Source: a virus (Duplodnaviria > Caudoviricetes). Taken from it: DNA of 57,225 bases. The notes under the pieces are model-generated. The model saw nothing but the letters and a program-made list of their open reading frames with translations. It was not told where the DNA came from and did no database searches. How positions within the stretch are numbered: position 1 is the first letter of the stretch; each line of letters begins with the position of its first letter. Location of the stretch: positions 1 through 57,225 of IMG/VR virus record IMGVR_UViG_3300012952_000001. The stretch is one strand, 5' to 3'. Positions 18,999 through 29,979 of this stretch are shown here, one piece after another. The position numbers and the translations under genes are program-made.

Positions 18999-20447
18999 AT
19001 GAAAAGAAATAGTGGATTTATTGGAAGTAAAGTAAGTACATCATTGACATCAGCTAGCGGTGTCCACGATATACACGACCAACATCAAGAAATATTAGAT
19101 AGTAAATGGCCGCCAACTAAAAAAATTACATCTATAACACCTTCTTCACTTACTGTTACTGAAGGTGTTCAATTTACCATAGTTGTTAATGGTGACGGTT
19201 GGCTTACTTCTGATACTGTCTATTATAAATTTCATACTGTTTCAGGTACTACGTTAGTTCAAGCTGATTTTGTTCAAGGTAGTCCTGATGGTAATTTTAG
19301 TTTTACACAAAATTCTCCTACCAGTAATACTATTACACTTTATTATATATTTAAAGCAGAAATTGGAGGACTTTCTGAAAATAATGTTGTTAAATTTCAA
19401 CTATATAAAGATTCAGGTCTTACTGATTTAATTGACGAAACTGCAAATATTACTGTTACCGATGCAACAGGAGCATATACTAGTTGGGCAGTAAGTAATC
19501 CATCTATTCAGTGGATATGGGAAGCAAATGGATTTTTAACAGATACTACAGGAACAATATCTGCTAATACTGCAACTGAAAATCAAGACAGATGGGGATT
19601 TTATAATAATAATGCAGGAAATGGAGGAACATTAACCGAAACGGATTGGATTGCCGATAAGAATATAGTAAAAACATCATACACAACTAGTAACGGTAAA
19701 TTATTATATTACTTAACTTTTGAAAATGACCTTGATTTTTGTCCAAATTCAAATACTTCAAACGGAGCTGATGTTATTACAAACGGAGGATACACTTATT
19801 TTTTTGTAAATATGCCGTTTAATTATCAATATGATGAAAATTATGCATATAATGGACCGTATGCTAGATATATGACATATCAAGGTTTTTCTGCTTATAC
19901 TGCTAATTTTACTGGTGGAAGAAATCCTACTTCTACTAATCAACATTCAAATCCAGGTCATTATGCCTATAAAACCTTGAATAGTGCATCTAATGATACT
20001 TCGCTATATTATCATCCAAGAGGCACAGGCGATACTGGAAGCGCAAATTCTGCAACTTCTAGTAAACCGTATGTATTTCATAACAAAGACTGGATTAGAT
20101 TTTCCGTAGTTGTTTTTGAGTTTGGGACTGCAGACGGTACAGGTTCAGGTTACTATAGTAGCACTTATAAAGTAAGTACTAAAGTTCAAAATACATTAAC
20201 AGGCGCTGCTATAACTTCTTATGCAAATGACATATATGGAGGGCAAAATACAACGTCATCTAGTGGTCGACGACAATACGTTAACACAACTGCAAATGGG
20301 GCTAGACCATTTTTTCACGATTCTGCATATGGTCAGGATGGAGCGCATGATACTCGATGGGTGATGGCAGGATTTGCAAATAGACCATATACAACTACAG
20401 AACAAAATAATTTATTAAACGAGCTTGATAGTTTATACGGAGCTTAA
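18999..20447 (+). CDS. Putative receptor-binding or structural protein
   Basis: MKRNSGFIG N-terminus; beta-rich, S/T/N/Y-rich 482 aa. Confidence 0.6.
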   Translation: MKRNSGFIGSKVSTSLTSASGVHDIHDQHQEILDSKWPPTKKITSITPSSLTVTEGVQFTIVVNGDGWLTSDTVYYKFHTVSGTTLVQADFVQGSPDGNFSFTQNSPTSNTITLYYIFKAEIGGLSENNVVKFQLYKDSGLTDLIDETANITVTDATGAYTSWAVSNPSIQWIWEANGFLTDTTGTISANTATENQDRWGFYNNNAGNGGTLTETDWIADKNIVKTSYTTSNGKLLYYLTFENDLDFCPNSNTSNGADVITNGGYTYFFVNMPFNYQYDENYAYNGPYARYMTYQGFSAYTANFTGGRNPTSTNQHSNPGHYAYKTLNSASNDTSLYYHPRGTGDTGSANSATSSKPYVFHNKDWIRFSVVVFEFGTADGTGSGYYSSTYKVSTKVQNTLTGAAITSYANDIYGGQNTTSSSGRRQYVNTTANGARPFFHDSAYGQDGAHDTRWVMAGFANRPYTTTEQNNLLNELDSLYGA

Positions 20448-20469
20448 CAAATTAATAAGGAAAATTATA

Positions 20470-20928
20470 ATGACTAAAATGTACAGCATAAATAAAGCCT
20501 ATCCTGTGAGTAGTCTACCACATAGAATTACATTTTCTGATGGTTCTACTAAAACAGATAATACAACATTTACTGAAGAAGATTTAAAAAATGTAAATAT
20601 TGTAGAAGTAGATTCTCCACCATCAATTTCTACAACACAAACTTTATCTTGGAGTGGAACTGAATGGGTAGTAAAAAATTTATCACAAGCAGAAGAACAA
20701 GCTAGAAAAGAAAAACAATGGGGTATTGTTAGAAAAGAAAGAGATAATTTAATTAGTAATCAGAGTAAGTATATTGAACAGTATCTAAGTGAAGTTAGAA
20801 GAGAAGTAACACCGACTATTGATATTGCAGTTGTAGATAAATATGTAGAAGAGTTAAGGCAAGTACCACAAAAAAATAGTGACCCTTTTAATATTAATTG
20901 GCCTGAAGACTGGACACTAAATGTTTAG
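20470..20928 (+). CDS. Tail fibre assembly chaperone-like protein
   Basis: W..VR.ERD.L...LRQVPQ..DPFNINWP. Confidence 0.7.
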   Translation: MTKMYSINKAYPVSSLPHRITFSDGSTKTDNTTFTEEDLKNVNIVEVDSPPSISTTQTLSWSGTEWVVKNLSQAEEQARKEKQWGIVRKERDNLISNQSKYIEQYLSEVRREVTPTIDIAVVDKYVEELRQVPQKNSDPFNINWPEDWTLNV

Positions 20929-21661
20929 TACCAATCCATTTTCATCTACCGAGTTTTCATCCGAAGGTGTAATATCTTCTGTTGTTTTAGATAGTGTTTC
21001 TACAAAACCAAATGTAAGCACTGTAACTGTTCTTCAAGATGGTTTATTTATAATAGCAAGTGTTAGTGCAAAAGCAGCTATAGGTTCTATAGGTGCAAAT
21101 GTAAATGTTGCGTTAACAGGAGTTAGTACAAAACCTAATGTAAATACAGTAACAGTAGTAAACGATAGTTCGATTGTAGCTACAGCAATAAGCTCTAAAC
21201 CAAATGTAGGCACTGTAAGTATAGTACACGATAGTTCGCTTACAGTTTCTAGTGTAAATACTAAATCTGATATAACTGCACCTACTGTAAATATAAGTAT
21301 TGTTCCTGCAAGTTTATCGGTAAAACCAAATGTAAATACTGTAAGTCTCACTAATACAAGTTCACTTACAATTACAGCAGTATCTTCTAAAGCTAATATA
21401 TCAACAAGTACAACTGCTTCAGGTGTAACTTTTGATTTTAATGCAGTTAGAGATACATTTAGTCAAAAACGAACGGTATACGTACCTAGACAAACTACAT
21501 CATCTGATAGAACCGTAAACGTAGATAGTGTAGATAGAACATCTTTTGTTGAAAGACAGACAACATCAGCTGATAGAACTGTTTTTATAATTTTTGAAGA
21601 TAGAAAAGTATATATACCTAGACAAACAACTTCTGCAGAAAGAACTGCAAGAGTAGCATAG
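20921..21661 (+). CDS. Repetitive structural protein
   Basis: Repeated S.KPNV.TV units and C-terminal RT..V.RQTTS repeats. Confidence 0.7.
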   Translation: MFSTNPFSSTEFSSEGVISSVVLDSVSTKPNVSTVTVLQDGLFIIASVSAKAAIGSIGANVNVALTGVSTKPNVNTVTVVNDSSIVATAISSKPNVGTVSIVHDSSLTVSSVNTKSDITAPTVNISIVPASLSVKPNVNTVSLTNTSSLTITAVSSKANISTSTTASGVTFDFNAVRDTFSQKRTVYVPRQTTSSDRTVNVDSVDRTSFVERQTTSADRTVFIIFEDRKVYIPRQTTSAERTARVA

Positions 21662-21669
21662 GAGAAAAT

Positions 21670-21993
21670 ATGTCTTTTAGATGGCCAAATAAAGACCCTG
21701 ATGAGCAATTAGACTATAGTATGGATTGGTCAAGATTTCTTGGCAGTGCTACTATAAGTAGTGTAGTGTGGTCTGTAAACAATGCGAGTGGAGTTAAAAC
21801 TACTATTACTGGAGGTGCTACAGTAAATGGTATTCAAAATGTTTCTCAAACTCAAAGTAGCGATAATAAAACAGCTACTATTAATATAGGTTTAGGTACA
21901 AACAATGTAGAGTATACGTTTTTCTGTAGAATTACTGATAGCACAGGTAGTCAAGCAGAACGCAGTGTTAAATTAAAGATAAGGGAAAAATAA
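21670..21993 (+). CDS. Fibre-tail adaptor-like protein
   Basis: WPNKDPDEQLDYSMDWS motif. Confidence 0.65.
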   Translation: MSFRWPNKDPDEQLDYSMDWSRFLGSATISSVVWSVNNASGVKTTITGGATVNGIQNVSQTQSSDNKTATINIGLGTNNVEYTFFCRITDSTGSQAERSVKLKIREK

Positions 21994-22718
21994 TGGCATA
22001 TGATTTTTTAGGATTAGTTAATAAAGTAAATAGGCGATTAAATGAAGTAGAATTAACTTCAAACAATTTTGCATCAGCTATAGGATTTTATTCGCAAGCA
22101 AAGGATGCTATAAATGCTTCAATACGTTATATTAATCAAAATGAGTATAACTGGCCTTATAACCATGTTACTCAAGAAGATGTACTTACAGCAAATACAT
22201 TAAGGTATGGATTACCTGATGATTCTAAAATACTAGATGTTAATACTTTTAGAATAAAAGAAAGTTCTAGCTTAAATGTACAAACTAAAAAATTAAGAAT
22301 ATTAAGCTACGAAGAGTATTTAGAAAAATATATACATTATGAATATGATGAAGATAATGGTAGCTCAGGAGTACCTGATTTTGTTTTTAGAACACCCTCT
22401 CAAGAATATGGTTTAGTTCCTGCTCCTGACAAAGCATATACGCTTGTATATGAATATTATAGAATACCAGTAGATTTAGAAAATGCTACGGATGTTCCTT
22501 CTATACCTGAACGATTTGCTCACATTATAGTTGATGGAGCAATGCATTATGCATATCTATTTAGGGGAAATTCTCAAGATGCTATAATAGCTAAAGAAAA
22601 ATTTGCAGAGGGCATAAAGCACATGCGTAGTTTATTAATTAATAGATACGACTACATTCGGTCAACAGCTGTTAGCAGAAGTACAAGTGGTTCTTTAACT
22701 TCTACAGTTATTACTTGA
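21993..22718 (+). CDS. Tail tubular protein A (adaptor)
   Basis: FL.LVN.V.RRLNE, WP, P.PDKAY, IPERF; gene position. Confidence 0.7.
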   Translation: MAYDFLGLVNKVNRRLNEVELTSNNFASAIGFYSQAKDAINASIRYINQNEYNWPYNHVTQEDVLTANTLRYGLPDDSKILDVNTFRIKESSSLNVQTKKLRILSYEEYLEKYIHYEYDEDNGSSGVPDFVFRTPSQEYGLVPAPDKAYTLVYEYYRIPVDLENATDVPSIPERFAHIIVDGAMHYAYLFRGNSQDAIIAKEKFAEGIKHMRSLLINRYDYIRSTAVSRSTSGSLTSTVIT

Positions 22719-22746
22719 CTTTTGCTAAAAAATATGTAAAACTATA
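22712..22746 (+). promoter_or_regulatory. Variant promoter-like motif, copy 3
   Basis: TTGACT-16 bp-TAAAACTATA; 29/35 identical to 398-432. Confidence 0.55.
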
Positions 22747-22759
22747 AGAGCGTACTAAT

Positions 22760-24295
22760 ATGGCAGATTCATGGCAAACATTTCCTATAGAGTTTAGAGG
22801 TGGGTTGTTAACAAACCAAAGTCCTTTACAACAGGGTGTTAACAGTCCAGGAAGTGCTTCAGTACTACAAAACTTTGAACCCTCTGTTGAAGGCGGCTAT
22901 AGAAAAATAGAAGGCTACTCTAAATTTGATACTAATCAAATAGCAGGAAGCGGAAATATAAGAGGTATTACTCGTTTTGAAGGTGCTGTAATAGTTGCTA
23001 GAGGAACTCATTTATATCGTTCATCAGGAAGTGGTTGGACTCAGTTAACAGACAATGGAAGTTTTAGTAGTGTTGGTATAAATATAAGTGGTTCAGGAAG
23101 AGTCAGATTTGCAGAATATAACTTTACAGGCACTAGTAAATTATTTATTGTTGATGGGAATGCAAAACCTTATATCTTTACAGGAACTGCATTAACACAG
23201 CAAACAAGTCTTGCAAGCGATTTTACAGGTGCTGATTTTGTAACTGTGCATTTAGATAGATTATTTGTTGCTATTGAAAATAAAATTATCTGTACAGCAA
23301 CTGCAAGTGCTACTAGTGATAATTTTTCAGGAAGTACTTCTTTTACTTTTGACGAAACTATAAATGATTTTATAAGTTTTAGAGAACAATTAATTATATT
23401 TACAGAAAACAATATACAAAAACTTACAGGTAACACTACAGATACTTTTGCTGTACTGCCTATATCTAATGATTTAGGAGCTGTTGCTGCAGATACTGTT
23501 CAAGAAGTAGGCGCTGATATAATGTTTTTAGCAGCTGATGGTTTAAGGTTATTAGGTGCTACTGAAAGAATAGGTGACTTTAGTTTAGCAGTAGTATCTA
23601 AAAATATTCAGTCAGAGTTTGCTAGTTTTATTGCAAACTCCACGAGTTTTTCAAGTATAACTATAAGAAATAAAAGTCAATATAGAATATTTGGATATAA
23701 TGCAGGTTTTTCTGATGCAGGTGCTTTAGGTATATTAGGTACACAGTTTGCTCTTCAAGGTGGTGAAGGAATGGCTTGGGGAGAAACAAGAGGGATAAAT
23801 GCATTAGTAGCACATAGTTCATTGGAAGATGGAGCTGAATTTATTCATTTTGCTAATGATGATGGTTATGTATATAGATTAGAATCAGGAAATTCTTTTG
23901 ATGGCAGTAATATAACTGCAACATTTCAGTCTCCTTTTTTTCCTATTAATGACCCAAGAATGAGAAAAACTTTTTATAAATTAATATTATATACTGACCC
24001 TGTAGGAAGTTTAGATGCTACTGTAGACTTAAAATTAGATTTTGAAAAAGATTCAAATTTTCAACCTACTTCTATAAGTTTTTCAAGTGCGGCTGAAAAT
24101 GCTTTTTTTTATGATAATCCTTCAGCAGTTTTTAATACTGCTACTTATGGTTCAGGTTCAACACAAAGTCAGTTTGAATCTCAACTTGTAGGTTCAGGGT
24201 TTACAGCTGCTCTTAAAGTAATAAGTGAGGATACTAATCCTCCATTTTCATTAGACTCAGCGACTATAGAATACGCAATTAACGAAAGAAGATAA
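22760..24295 (+). CDS. Tail tubular protein B (nozzle, beta-propeller)
   Basis: GGL..N, NFEP...GGYR.I.G, IMFLAADGLR; follows the adaptor. Confidence 0.75.
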   Translation: MADSWQTFPIEFRGGLLTNQSPLQQGVNSPGSASVLQNFEPSVEGGYRKIEGYSKFDTNQIAGSGNIRGITRFEGAVIVARGTHLYRSSGSGWTQLTDNGSFSSVGINISGSGRVRFAEYNFTGTSKLFIVDGNAKPYIFTGTALTQQTSLASDFTGADFVTVHLDRLFVAIENKIICTATASATSDNFSGSTSFTFDETINDFISFREQLIIFTENNIQKLTGNTTDTFAVLPISNDLGAVAADTVQEVGADIMFLAADGLRLLGATERIGDFSLAVVSKNIQSEFASFIANSTSFSSITIRNKSQYRIFGYNAGFSDAGALGILGTQFALQGGEGMAWGETRGINALVAHSSLEDGAEFIHFANDDGYVYRLESGNSFDGSNITATFQSPFFPINDPRMRKTFYKLILYTDPVGSLDATVDLKLDFEKDSNFQPTSISFSSAAENAFFYDNPSAVFNTATYGSGSTQSQFESQLVGSGFTAALKVISEDTNPPFSLDSATIEYAINERR

Positions 24296-24296
24296 C

Positions 24297-26915
24297 ATGG
24301 GAAATTCATATACATTTGGCTCAGGGGGCAACATTCAATCAGGTAGTATTATCCGAGCGCAAGATTTTACTACAGAATTTACAAATTTAAACTCAGCTTT
24401 TGACGGTACAGGTGGACATATACATGATGGTACTGCAGGAGAAGGTGGAAGAATATTAGAAATAGGTCCTGCAGGACAAGTTGTAGTAGATGCAAATACA
24501 ATAAAACAATCATCTAGTAAGGCTTTAGAAATAGGTGCTACTAATAACTTATTTAAAAATGTATTTATTGCTGATGATAATTACGTTAAGTTTGGTGATT
24601 CTCAAGATGCTACAATAGGTTATGATGAAACCTCAACAGATAGACTGTTGTTTACTGGTGCTAATATACGTATAGGCAATACTAATAAAATAATTGAATT
24701 TGGCGATGCTGCTTCATTTATTCAACAAGCAAGTGATGGTGTACTTAGAATAGACGGTGAAGCAACTATTAATCTTAATGCATCAACAGCAGTAGCTGTA
24801 AGTGTTGATTTAACAGTAGGTAATGATTTAAAATTAAATACTGATAGCTCTATTTTAGGTTTTGGTCAGGACAACGATACTACTCTTACGCATACTGATG
24901 GTACAGGTCTTACTCTTAATTCTACAAATAAATTATGTTTTAATGATGCAACTCAGTTTATTCAAGGTTCTAGTGCAACAGTATTAAGTTTAGGTGCTAC
25001 GGATGAAATAGATTTAACTGCTACAACTATAGATGTTAATGCTACTACTCTTGATATATCAGGAGATATATCTATTGGAGGAAATATTGTAACTGTAAGT
25101 AATACTAACATTGATTTGTTACCACATGGTAGTGGTAAAATTATTATGGATGGTAATGGCTCAACAGGGGGTATATCTGTTTCAGATGGTTTAATTGATA
25201 TACGTACAGGTACAGGCGCAGTTGCTAAAGTAAAATTCTATTGTGAAGATGCTAATCAGCATGCACAAACATTACAAGCACAACCTCACTCAGCAAGTAG
25301 TAGTGCTGTTGTAGTTCTACCTATAGCATCAGGAACTTTATTAGGTTCAGGTGATGCTGTATCCATTAAAAATTCTTATTTATTAGACACAGATATAAAA
25401 ATTGGCGAAGATGATGAAACTAAAATAGATTTTGAAACAGCAGATGAAATACATTTTTATGCAGCTAATGTAGAACAAGTTTATTTAGCCGACAATATTT
25501 TTGGACCTCAATCAGATAGTGATGTAGATTTAGGTACTACAGGCGTTAGATGGAAAGATGCTTACGTAGATAGTGTAACAGTAACTGACAATGTAACTAT
25601 AGGAGGTACTTTAACAGTTAATGGAACTACGACTACAGTTAACAGCACTGTAACAACAATAGCAGACCCTATTATAACTTTAGGTGCAAACGCATCTGAT
25701 GACAATAAAGACAGAGGTATAGAATTTAAATATAATGATGGTTCTGCGAGAGTAGGATTTTTTGGTTACGACGATAGTGTTTCAAAATTTACTATGTTAA
25801 CTGCTGCAACAAATAGTTCAGAAGTATTTAGTGGTACAACAGGTACATTGGTTGCAAATGTAGAAGGTAACGTAACAGGAGATGTAACAGGTATACATAT
25901 AGGAACAATAAAAGCAGGAGCAAGTACTCAAGCGTTTACTTTTCCAGATGCAGATGGAAGTGCAGGACAGTTTTTAAAGACTGATGCAGCAGGTAATTTA
26001 TCTTTTAGTACAGTTAGTACAGATACTGTAACAGATAATTTAGCTTTTACATCTGACGATGCTAAACTTACTTTTGGTGTTAACAATGAAATAGAGTTAA
26101 TACATGACCATAATGTAGGATTAAAACTTAAACACACAGCAACAACAGACAATAATCCTGTATCATTAACATTACAAACAGGCGAGACAGTTATTGCCAC
26201 AGATGATATACTAGGGCAAGTACAGTTTCAAGCACCTGCAGAAAGTGACGGTGGTGATGCACAAGAAGTTGCTGCAAGTGTAGTCGCTATAGCAGAAAAT
26301 GCATTTACTTCTACTGCAAATCCAACAACATTACAATTTAAAACTGGTTCAAGTGAAGCTGCTACGACTAAAATGCATATAACTAGCACAGGTATAGTGT
26401 CTATACCTAGTGCTGGAAGCACTTCATCAAATTGTCTTTCTATTGGTCCTGCAGGTGACATAAAAATATTTCACGATGGAACTGATGGTGTTTTAAAAGA
26501 AATAACAGGCAACTTTGATATTGAAACCACAACTGATAACCCTGTAGTAATAAAACATCAAAGTTCAGAAAAATTAAGAACCACTACAACTGGCATAAGC
26601 ATAACAGGAAATTGTTCTGTATCTCAAACTTTATCTGCTAACGAAGTCACAGCCACATCAGATGAAAGATTAAAGTCAGATATAAAAACAATAGATAACG
26701 CTTTAGACAAAGTAATGAATATGCGTGGTGTGTCTTATATAAAACAAGCTGAAAAAGGTATTGGTGTAATTGCTCAAGAGGTAGAAAAGATTTTACCTGA
26801 GGTAGTAACAGATGGTGAATATAAATCCGTAGCATATGGCAATATGGTTGGTATTCTTATAGAAGCAATAAAAGAACAACAAAAACAAATTGATGAATTA
26901 AAGAAAGATAAGTAA
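24297..26915 (+). CDS. Tail fibre with C-terminal intramolecular chaperone (peptidase S74)
   Basis: SDERLKSDI...GVIAQEVE.ILPE...V.Y...L.EAIKE; GHIHDG near the N-terminus. Confidence 0.9.
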   Translation: MGNSYTFGSGGNIQSGSIIRAQDFTTEFTNLNSAFDGTGGHIHDGTAGEGGRILEIGPAGQVVVDANTIKQSSSKALEIGATNNLFKNVFIADDNYVKFGDSQDATIGYDETSTDRLLFTGANIRIGNTNKIIEFGDAASFIQQASDGVLRIDGEATINLNASTAVAVSVDLTVGNDLKLNTDSSILGFGQDNDTTLTHTDGTGLTLNSTNKLCFNDATQFIQGSSATVLSLGATDEIDLTATTIDVNATTLDISGDISIGGNIVTVSNTNIDLLPHGSGKIIMDGNGSTGGISVSDGLIDIRTGTGAVAKVKFYCEDANQHAQTLQAQPHSASSSAVVVLPIASGTLLGSGDAVSIKNSYLLDTDIKIGEDDETKIDFETADEIHFYAANVEQVYLADNIFGPQSDSDVDLGTTGVRWKDAYVDSVTVTDNVTIGGTLTVNGTTTTVNSTVTTIADPIITLGANASDDNKDRGIEFKYNDGSARVGFFGYDDSVSKFTMLTAATNSSEVFSGTTGTLVANVEGNVTGDVTGIHIGTIKAGASTQAFTFPDADGSAGQFLKTDAAGNLSFSTVSTDTVTDNLAFTSDDAKLTFGVNNEIELIHDHNVGLKLKHTATTDNNPVSLTLQTGETVIATDDILGQVQFQAPAESDGGDAQEVAASVVAIAENAFTSTANPTTLQFKTGSSEAATTKMHITSTGIVSIPSAGSTSSNCLSIGPAGDIKIFHDGTDGVLKEITGNFDIETTTDNPVVIKHQSSEKLRTTTTGISITGNCSVSQTLSANEVTATSDERLKSDIKTIDNALDKVMNMRGVSYIKQAEKGIGVIAQEVEKILPEVVTDGEYKSVAYGNMVGILIEAIKEQQKQIDELKKDK

Positions 26916-26917
26916 AT

Positions 26918-27859
26918 ATGGCTTTACCGTCTAGTGGACAAATATTTTTAAATACAGATAGTGGGTCTAACGATAGTGTAAAAACTTTTTTTAGTGGCAC
27001 ATCAAATGACCTTACAGCCTATGTAAAGGGTGGGAGTTTTGTTCCTAGTCCTGCTAGTTATGCAGTAAGTAATTTTACTGTAGTAAATTCTAGCACTAAT
27101 GATGGTTTACCTGTTACATTATATGATAATGGTGGTGTTGTTCCATCGCTAGATACTGAAGCAAATCAAAATATTCCGTCAGGAACTATTTCACCTAGTA
27201 ATACTATTAGCTTAACTGATTTTTATAGTGGCTATAAAATAGTTAACCCAACTGTAACTAAAGCTAGTGACGGAAGTTCAGGTGTTGATTTAATTTCATA
27301 TGCAGCTCAAGTAGGTCGTTGGTCTGCAAACTCAATGCGACCAGATGCGGCTAATGGTGGCTATGCTTCTAATTATCAAGATGCAAATAGTGTTGTAACA
27401 TATAGATATAACTATGGTCAGTTAGCAACAATAATAGGTACTGCTTATGGAGGTGGTACATATACTGGACACACTGAAATACAGTTTAAAGTTTCCCATG
27501 CAGGTATATATACCCTTCATGGTATTCATGCAGGAGGAGAAACAAATGGTGGGTATATTAGCTTAACTGGTTCAGGAGTCAGTTTAAAAGTAGGCAATAG
27601 AAGTGTTCGTGATTCAGGTTCTTATGACGATGGAGATAGTGTATCAGGAAACATAGGAATAGCATTAAATAGTCATCTTTTTCTTGAAGCAACATTACCT
27701 GCGGCTACAACATTAACTTTAAGGGCGCAAACAACATCAGGAAGTGGTGGAGATTATATGATAGCTCAATTAAGAACAAATTGTAATTATAGAAGGGCTG
27801 ATTCTGGGGGAACAAGTTCTTCTGCTTCTACAAACAACAATATGTTAACGCAAGGATAA
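26918..27859 (+). CDS. Fibre-tip or receptor-binding protein
   Basis: MALPSSG..I...IPSG...ISLTDFY N-terminal module typical of genes after S74 fibres. Confidence 0.6.
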   Translation: MALPSSGQIFLNTDSGSNDSVKTFFSGTSNDLTAYVKGGSFVPSPASYAVSNFTVVNSSTNDGLPVTLYDNGGVVPSLDTEANQNIPSGTISPSNTISLTDFYSGYKIVNPTVTKASDGSSGVDLISYAAQVGRWSANSMRPDAANGGYASNYQDANSVVTYRYNYGQLATIIGTAYGGGTYTGHTEIQFKVSHAGIYTLHGIHAGGETNGGYISLTGSGVSLKVGNRSVRDSGSYDDGDSVSGNIGIALNSHLFLEATLPAATTLTLRAQTTSGSGGDYMIAQLRTNCNYRRADSGGTSSSASTNNNMLTQG

Positions 27860-27862
27860 ACT

Positions 27863-28093
27863 ATGGAAATAAACCCTATATTATTTTGGAATGGAATACT
27901 TACAGTTGTAATAGCTCCTGCTATATGGGTCTTTCGTGGTATGTTTATGGAAATAAAAAGACTTGACATATTGCTAAATAAAACAAGAGAAGAGTATGCG
28001 AAGCGTGATGACGTTAAAGAAGATATGCATACTGTAATGGATGCTCTTCAAAGATTAGAAGACAAGTTAGATAAAATATTAATAGGTAAATAG
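27863..28093 (+). CDS. Small TM plus coiled-coil protein
   Basis: FWN..LT...ILLNKTREEY...RLEDKLD. Confidence 0.65.
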   Translation: MEINPILFWNGILTVVIAPAIWVFRGMFMEIKRLDILLNKTREEYAKRDDVKEDMHTVMDALQRLEDKLDKILIGK

Positions 28094-28094
28094 T

Positions 28095-29966
28095 ATGGCA
28101 CAATTTAAAGCATTTAAACCTGCAGCAATGGAACGTATAGCTCGCAGTATGGGTTATCAAGGAGACATGAATTTATTTTCACAGTTTTTAGATAGAAACC
28201 CTGAACAAAAACATAAAATGGATAGATATAAAGATAAAGCTATACAAATGGCAAAGGGTGGTTACACTCTTAAATTACAAGAAGGTGGGGACACAACAGA
28301 AGGAGATACCACTGCTCCTCAAAATCTACCACAGGCAATGGTTAAACAAGCAGTACAACCTGAAGTACCTACAGGAGGAGCTGTAACTGTATCAGCTATA
28401 CCTGAAGCTGATTCTCAATTTATAGGTGAAGGTACAGGTCAGGTAGGAGATACTACACCTGTTGATGCCACTCAAGCAAACACTCAAACAGTAGACCCTG
28501 TAGCTACAAAAGCAGCTAATAAAATGGAAGCTACTGAAACAGGTCCTGCAGTAGATAGTGCTTTAAATTCTGTACAAGCTGCACAAACAAACCCTGACGA
28601 CCCTAGAGCTAAAGTAGTTGCTGCAGAACAAACTAAAACAGCTGTAGGCGATATAAAAGGTGCTAAAGGTGAAGCTATCCTAATGGATAGTCCTAACCAA
28701 AGAGAAATACAAGATGGTGAATTAATTGATGGTGTAGCTAATTCACAAAAAGCAGCTGAGTTTACAGAGCAAATACAGGCAGCTCAAGCTACTCCTTCAG
28801 CAAAAGCTACTGTAGCAGGACAATTAGATTCATTAATGCAACAATTTGAAGGTGGTAGAACTCCACCTTGGGCATCAGGTGCTATGCGAGCTGTTGCTGA
28901 AAGAATGGCAGCTAGAGGTCTTTCTTCTAGTTCTATAGAAGCACAGGCTATGATTCAAGCTACAATGGAATCAGCCTTACCTATTGCATCAGCAGACGCT
29001 AGTACACAAGCAAGATTTGAAGAGTTAAATTTATCTAATAGACAACAAAGAGCTATGCAAGCAGCTGAACAACGTGCTGCTTTTATGGGTCAAGAGTTTG
29101 ACCAAGCCTTTCAAGCTAGAGTACAGAATGCAAGTAAAATAGCAGATGTAGCTAATATGAACTTTACTGCAGAGCAACAAGTAGCTCTTGAAAATAGTCG
29201 TATAGCTAATACTATGAATTTACAAAATTTATCCAATACTCAGGCTTTAATTATGGCTGAGGCATCTTCTGTAGCTAATCTAGAACTAACAAGTTTAAAT
29301 AATAGACAACAAGCTGCAGTACAAAATTCTAAAAATTTCTTAGAAATGGATTTAGCTAATTTAAGTAATAAACAACAAACAGCAGTATTTAAGGCTCAAC
29401 AAGTTGTTCAAAGTATTTTTAATGACCAAGCAGCTGAAAATGCAGCTAGACAATTTAATGCTACGTCTCAAAATCAAACAGACCAATTTTTTGCAAACTT
29501 ATCTCAGCGAACAAAAGAGTTTAATGCATCTCAAACAAATGCACAGGCTCAGTTTAACGCAGGCGAAACAAACGCAATGGCTAAATTTAATGCAGAAATA
29601 GATAATCAACGTGACCAGTATAATGCTACTAATCAACTACAAATTGCTCAGTCTAACGCTGTATGGAGAAGAGAAATAGCTACTGCTGATACAGCCGCTG
29701 TAAATAGAGCAAATGAGTTAAATGCTAAAGCTATACTAGATATATCTTCAACAGCATATTCTAATCTTTGGGGTTATTATCAAGACACTATGGAGTTTGC
29801 GTGGAAAGCATCAGATAATGAATTAGATAGAATGAATCAATTAGCTATAGCACAGTTAGACGCAGACGCACAAGTAAGAGCAGAAAATATAAGAAGTAGA
29901 ACTTCTGCAGGAACAGCACTAGGTTCTTTAATAGGTACTTTAGGCACTACTTGGATGACAATGTAA
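28095..29966 (+). CDS. Putative internal virion (ejection) protein
   Basis: Ala/Gln/Asn-rich helical repeats (NLSNxQQ, QFNA). Confidence 0.7.
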   Translation: MAQFKAFKPAAMERIARSMGYQGDMNLFSQFLDRNPEQKHKMDRYKDKAIQMAKGGYTLKLQEGGDTTEGDTTAPQNLPQAMVKQAVQPEVPTGGAVTVSAIPEADSQFIGEGTGQVGDTTPVDATQANTQTVDPVATKAANKMEATETGPAVDSALNSVQAAQTNPDDPRAKVVAAEQTKTAVGDIKGAKGEAILMDSPNQREIQDGELIDGVANSQKAAEFTEQIQAAQATPSAKATVAGQLDSLMQQFEGGRTPPWASGAMRAVAERMAARGLSSSSIEAQAMIQATMESALPIASADASTQARFEELNLSNRQQRAMQAAEQRAAFMGQEFDQAFQARVQNASKIADVANMNFTAEQQVALENSRIANTMNLQNLSNTQALIMAEASSVANLELTSLNNRQQAAVQNSKNFLEMDLANLSNKQQTAVFKAQQVVQSIFNDQAAENAARQFNATSQNQTDQFFANLSQRTKEFNASQTNAQAQFNAGETNAMAKFNAEIDNQRDQYNATNQLQIAQSNAVWRREIATADTAAVNRANELNAKAILDISSTAYSNLWGYYQDTMEFAWKASDNELDRMNQLAIAQLDADAQVRAENIRSRTSAGTALGSLIGTLGTTWMTM

Positions 29967-29979
29967 TAAGGGAGTAAAT

